The notes under the pieces: generated by a model
Database searches by the model: none
Seen by the model: the letters and a program-made list of their open reading frames with translations, nothing else
What the model was told of the DNA's origin: nothing
Translations under genes and position numbers: made by a program
Source of the DNA: Nitrospirota bacterium
GTDB lineage: Bacteria > Nitrospirota > JACRHJ01
Direction: 5' to 3'
NCBI GenBank assembly: GCA_963733375.1
Contig: CAVTDB010000003.1
Location: 160,001-224,000 of the forward strand
DNA length: 64,000 nt
Shown here: one piece after another, positions 61,434 through 64,000 of the stretch
Layout: the number at the start of each line of letters is the position of its first letter
Position numbering within the stretch: position 1 is the stretch's first letter

Positions 61434-62168
61434 TCATTTCAGCGACACCAGGTAATCCGCCAGCTTCTCCAGGTCGCTTTCGGATAATTTAGCGAATGCG
61501 GGCATAGCCGACTGCGGATGCACCGAGCGCGGGTCCCTCAGGTGCTTTATATGCCACTCCCTGTCCGGGAGCCTTGTCCCCACGTGAGTCAAATCGGGGC
61601 CGACCTTGCCGCCGATGCCGTTCACGGTATGGCAGCTCTGGCAACCCTCCTGTGCGAAAAGCCTCGCCCCCTTTTGCTCCGGCATCTTCCCTTGGCTGCT
61701 GCCGGATACTTCGGGCGCGGCGGCGGCCATCATCGGCGTGGGCGGCCAGTTGTTCGTATCCACAGTGCTTACCCATTTTATAAATGCCACCAGGTTCTCC
61801 ACCTCGCCCGGCCTGAAATTAAATTTCGGCATCCGCCTCTTCGCCGCCCAAACGCCATGCGGGTCCCTAAGGAACCGGGCCAGCCACTCCGGGTCCCTGT
61901 ATTTCGCGACTTTCGTCACATCCGGCGCGTAATATCCGCCGATGCCCAGTATCGTATGGCAGTCGTTGCAATTGTATTTCTGCCACACGCGCTTCCCGGC
62001 CACGACCTCCGAAGTCAATCCGGCCTCGTCCGTGCGCACCGGCATCTGTTTCAGAGAATCATATGAAAGATAAAGGAAGATTATGGAGAAAAAAACGGTG
62101 CCCCAGATAAACATGTATTTGAGCGAGTTCTGGGTCATCCCGGCCTCCGGATTTATAAGGATTTTCAA
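61434..62168 (-). CDS. norC: Nitric oxide reductase cytochrome c subunit with an extra C-terminal heme domain
   Basis: TM anchor, CNDCHTILG.GGYYAPD, RRMP, DTNNWPP, second CQSCH...MP. Confidence 0.9.
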   Translation of the reverse strand: MKILINPEAGMTQNSLKYMFIWGTVFFSIIFLYLSYDSLKQMPVRTDEAGLTSEVVAGKRVWQKYNCNDCHTILGIGGYYAPDVTKVAKYRDPEWLARFLRDPHGVWAAKRRMPKFNFRPGEVENLVAFIKWVSTVDTNNWPPTPMMAAAAPEVSGSSQGKMPEQKGARLFAQEGCQSCHTVNGIGGKVGPDLTHVGTRLPDREWHIKHLRDPRSVHPQSAMPAFAKLSESDLEKLADYLVSLK

Positions 62169-62243
62169 AAGTATAGCAAAAAATGAGATTTCTGCTTGCG
62201 CCGTGGACGATAATGTGGGGGATGCGGGACAGAAGGGGCGTTA

Positions 62244-62546
62244 CTATGAAAGAATTTTACTGAGCTCTGCGGCGTCAATCCCTGAGGCCATTATGGTCTT
62301 CGATTTTGACGACTGGCCGCGTACGATGGATATTTTCGATTTGGAGATTTTCAGCTTATCCGACAGGAACTCTATAAGCATCTCGTTGGCCGCGCCTTCT
62401 ACCGGAGGGGCGGTAAGCTTTATTTTCAGTACCCCTTCGGATACTCCGGCGACCTGGTTTCTGGACGAGCGGGGCAGGACGCGGACCTGGAACGTAATAC
62501 CTTCCGGCCCTTCCTTTAAGGAGAGGGCGCCGGACGGTTCGCTCAC
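62244..62546 (-). CDS. yggU: DUF167/YggU family protein
   Basis: VRVLPRSSR, LKIKLTAPPVEGAAN, G.SSKSK. Confidence 0.9.
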   Translation of the reverse strand: MSEPSGALSLKEGPEGITFQVRVLPRSSRNQVAGVSEGVLKIKLTAPPVEGAANEMLIEFLSDKLKISKSKISIVRGQSSKSKTIMASGIDAAELSKILS

Positions 62547-63016
62547 TCCCGGCCCTCCTGCTTCTGCTCGTAGTCCAGCATCTTCAGGTGGTCCTCTATG
62601 ACCCCTTTTATCTTCAGGGCGAACCGCTCCTTTATGCGGTTAAGCTCCGTTATCTCCTGCTCTATCTTCGCAAGCTCCTGGCGGGACTTGCGCATCAGGT
62701 CCTCCGCATCCATCTCCGCCTGCTTAAGCCTGAGAGCCGCCTCCTTCTCCGTGCCGAGGCGCATCTCCTCGGACATCTTCTGCGCCGACATCAGGGTGTC
62801 CCGCAGGTTTTTTTCAGTATCCTTGAATTCTGAAAGCGACGCCTGGAGTGTCTGGTTTTCCGTGCGTAGCTGGTCGTTCTCCCGCATCAGCGTCTCCATC
62901 TCGGCGGTAACGTCTTCCAGGAAAGAGTCCACCTCGCTCATGTCGAAGCCGCGGAACTTGAGGCGGAACTGCTTCTGCTTTATGTCGAGGGGCGTAATGT
63001 TCATGTACTCCTCCAT
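62543..63016 (-). CDS. divIVA: DivIVA domain protein
   Basis: ITPLDIKQKQF...RGFD..EVDSFL followed by coiled coil. Confidence 0.9.
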   Translation of the reverse strand: MEEYMNITPLDIKQKQFRLKFRGFDMSEVDSFLEDVTAEMETLMRENDQLRTENQTLQASLSEFKDTEKNLRDTLMSAQKMSEEMRLGTEKEAALRLKQAEMDAEDLMRKSRQELAKIEQEITELNRIKERFALKIKGVIEDHLKMLDYEQKQEGRE

Positions 63017-63043
63017 CCTAATGCATTCTTATCGCCAAGATCG

Positions 63044-63310
63044 CTAAGCGCGCAACGAGGAAATATTTAAGAAAATAAATACAGCTATTACAATAAGCGG
63101 CGAGAAGTCTATACCCATCGCCGGGAGCCTTCTGCGGATAGGCCGGAGCACCGGCTCCGTCGCCGCGTACAGGAACCGGACGATAGGGTTGTAGGGGTCA
63201 GGGTTTACCCATGATAGAATAGCCCTTGCGGCTATGATGATTATATATACCCAGATAATTGTATGCAGCACATAGGCCGCAGCATTTAAAAAATTTCCGA
63301 GAATGAACAT
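63044..63310 (-). CDS. yggT: YggT family membrane protein (3' end possibly frameshifted)
   Basis: ILSWVNPDPYNPIVRFL...TEPVL.PIRR...IDFSPL. Confidence 0.9.
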   Translation of the reverse strand: MFILGNFLNAAAYVLHTIIWVYIIIIAARAILSWVNPDPYNPIVRFLYAATEPVLRPIRRRLPAMGIDFSPLIVIAVFIFLNISSLRA

Positions 63311-63329
63311 TAAGACTCCTTTAATGGCA

Positions 63330-64000
63330 TCAAAAATAAATGACCGCCACGACGGCAATCACCCATAAACCGATATCGACCAGCAGGGGCCTGTCCCCCA
63401 GGAGCGTTGTCGTGGGGCTCCCGCCTTCCTTTTTCTGGTGGATTAGATAAAGGTAGCGGAATATCCCGTATATGACAAATGGCACCGTATAAATCATGCG
63501 CTGGCCAAACTGGATTACCGCGTCCCCGGAAAGGGTGTACAGTATGTAAGCCATAAGCGACGACGCGGTCGTCACGGCGATCATCTGGTCCAGGAAGTAG
63601 GCGCTATACTCGTCGAGGGTCCTCCTGTACCTGATAGCGCATCCTGCGTCATCGGCTGCAGCCGACAGGTCCGGCGGCAGGATTGAAAGCTCGCCCAGCA
63701 ATGTCAGCTCGTGTCTCCTCTTTGCGATCGTAAGGAACAGCGCTATGAGAATAGTGCAGACCAGAAGCCACGACGATACCCTCACAGAGATCGCGACCCC
63801 GCCGGCGGCCGCCCTCAGTACAAACCCCAATGATACCACCATGACATCCACAATGGCTATGCGCTTTAAGTATGACGAATAACAAACGTTCATGATGAAA
63901 TAAACCGCGGCAATTATCCCGAACCCCGTATTTAACGCAAAGGAAAGCGCGAGGGACACAGCGGACATCAGCCCGAAAATGATGCCGGCGCTGTATTTTG
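63330..64000 (-). CDS. UbiA-family (decaprenyl-phosphate phosphoribosyltransferase-like) protein, 5' end outside the window
   Basis: YS..LK....VDV....GFVLR, KRRHEL, R..L..Y, TVPFVIYGIFRY, GGSPT. Confidence 0.88.
   Translation of the reverse strand, partial: KYSAGIIFGLMSAVSLALSFALNTGFGIIAAVYFIMNVCYSSYLKRIAIVDVMVVSLGFVLRAAAGGVAISVRVSSWLLVCTILIALFLTIAKRRHELTLLGELSILPPDLSAAADDAGCAIRYRRTLDEYSAYFLDQMIAVTTASSLMAYILYTLSGDAVIQFGQRMIYTVPFVIYGIFRYLYLIHQKKEGGSPTTTLLGDRPLLVDIGLWVIAVVAVIYF

Overview
Bacterial chromosome window. The core genes (glnE, norCB, NikMNQO-type ECF transporter, a decaheme cytochrome, divIVA/yggT/yggU) suggest an anaerobic Nitrospirota- or Desulfobacterota-like host; this is inference. 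The left 40 kb is accessory DNA hanging off the 3' end of a minus-strand tRNA-Val(CAC) gene (40050-40124). Its 3' 45 bp are repeated exactly at 3801-3845, delimiting a ~36 kb island with integrase-type arm repeats but no tyrosine integrase. Three Mu-like transposition modules are present. A (<1-3694) and B (35020-39973) are homologous and both start just downstream of a tRNA/att copy. C (27179-35019) is a 7.8 kb element bounded by TGTAG-N14-TGTCA inverted ends. It encodes a repressor, MuA, MuB, a Mor activator and only three head genes (major capsid, gpG, protease/scaffold), so it is a candidate transposable phage satellite. Island cargo includes: (i) an apparently Sec-exported Rhs operon whose toxin has a C39 peptidase followed in cis by a double-glycine-type motif, plus an immunity-like membrane protein, a YD-tipped adhesin and a signal-peptide tail-fibre-like protein; (ii) a papain protease-chagasin-GH13 cluster; (iii) an AONS-family synthase/7TM kinase pair; (iv) a serine recombinase. 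The right 24 kb is mostly housekeeping, with two AT-rich inserts and a palindromic repeat family. Many genes, including housekeeping ones, carry single-base frameshifts that look like sequencing indels.
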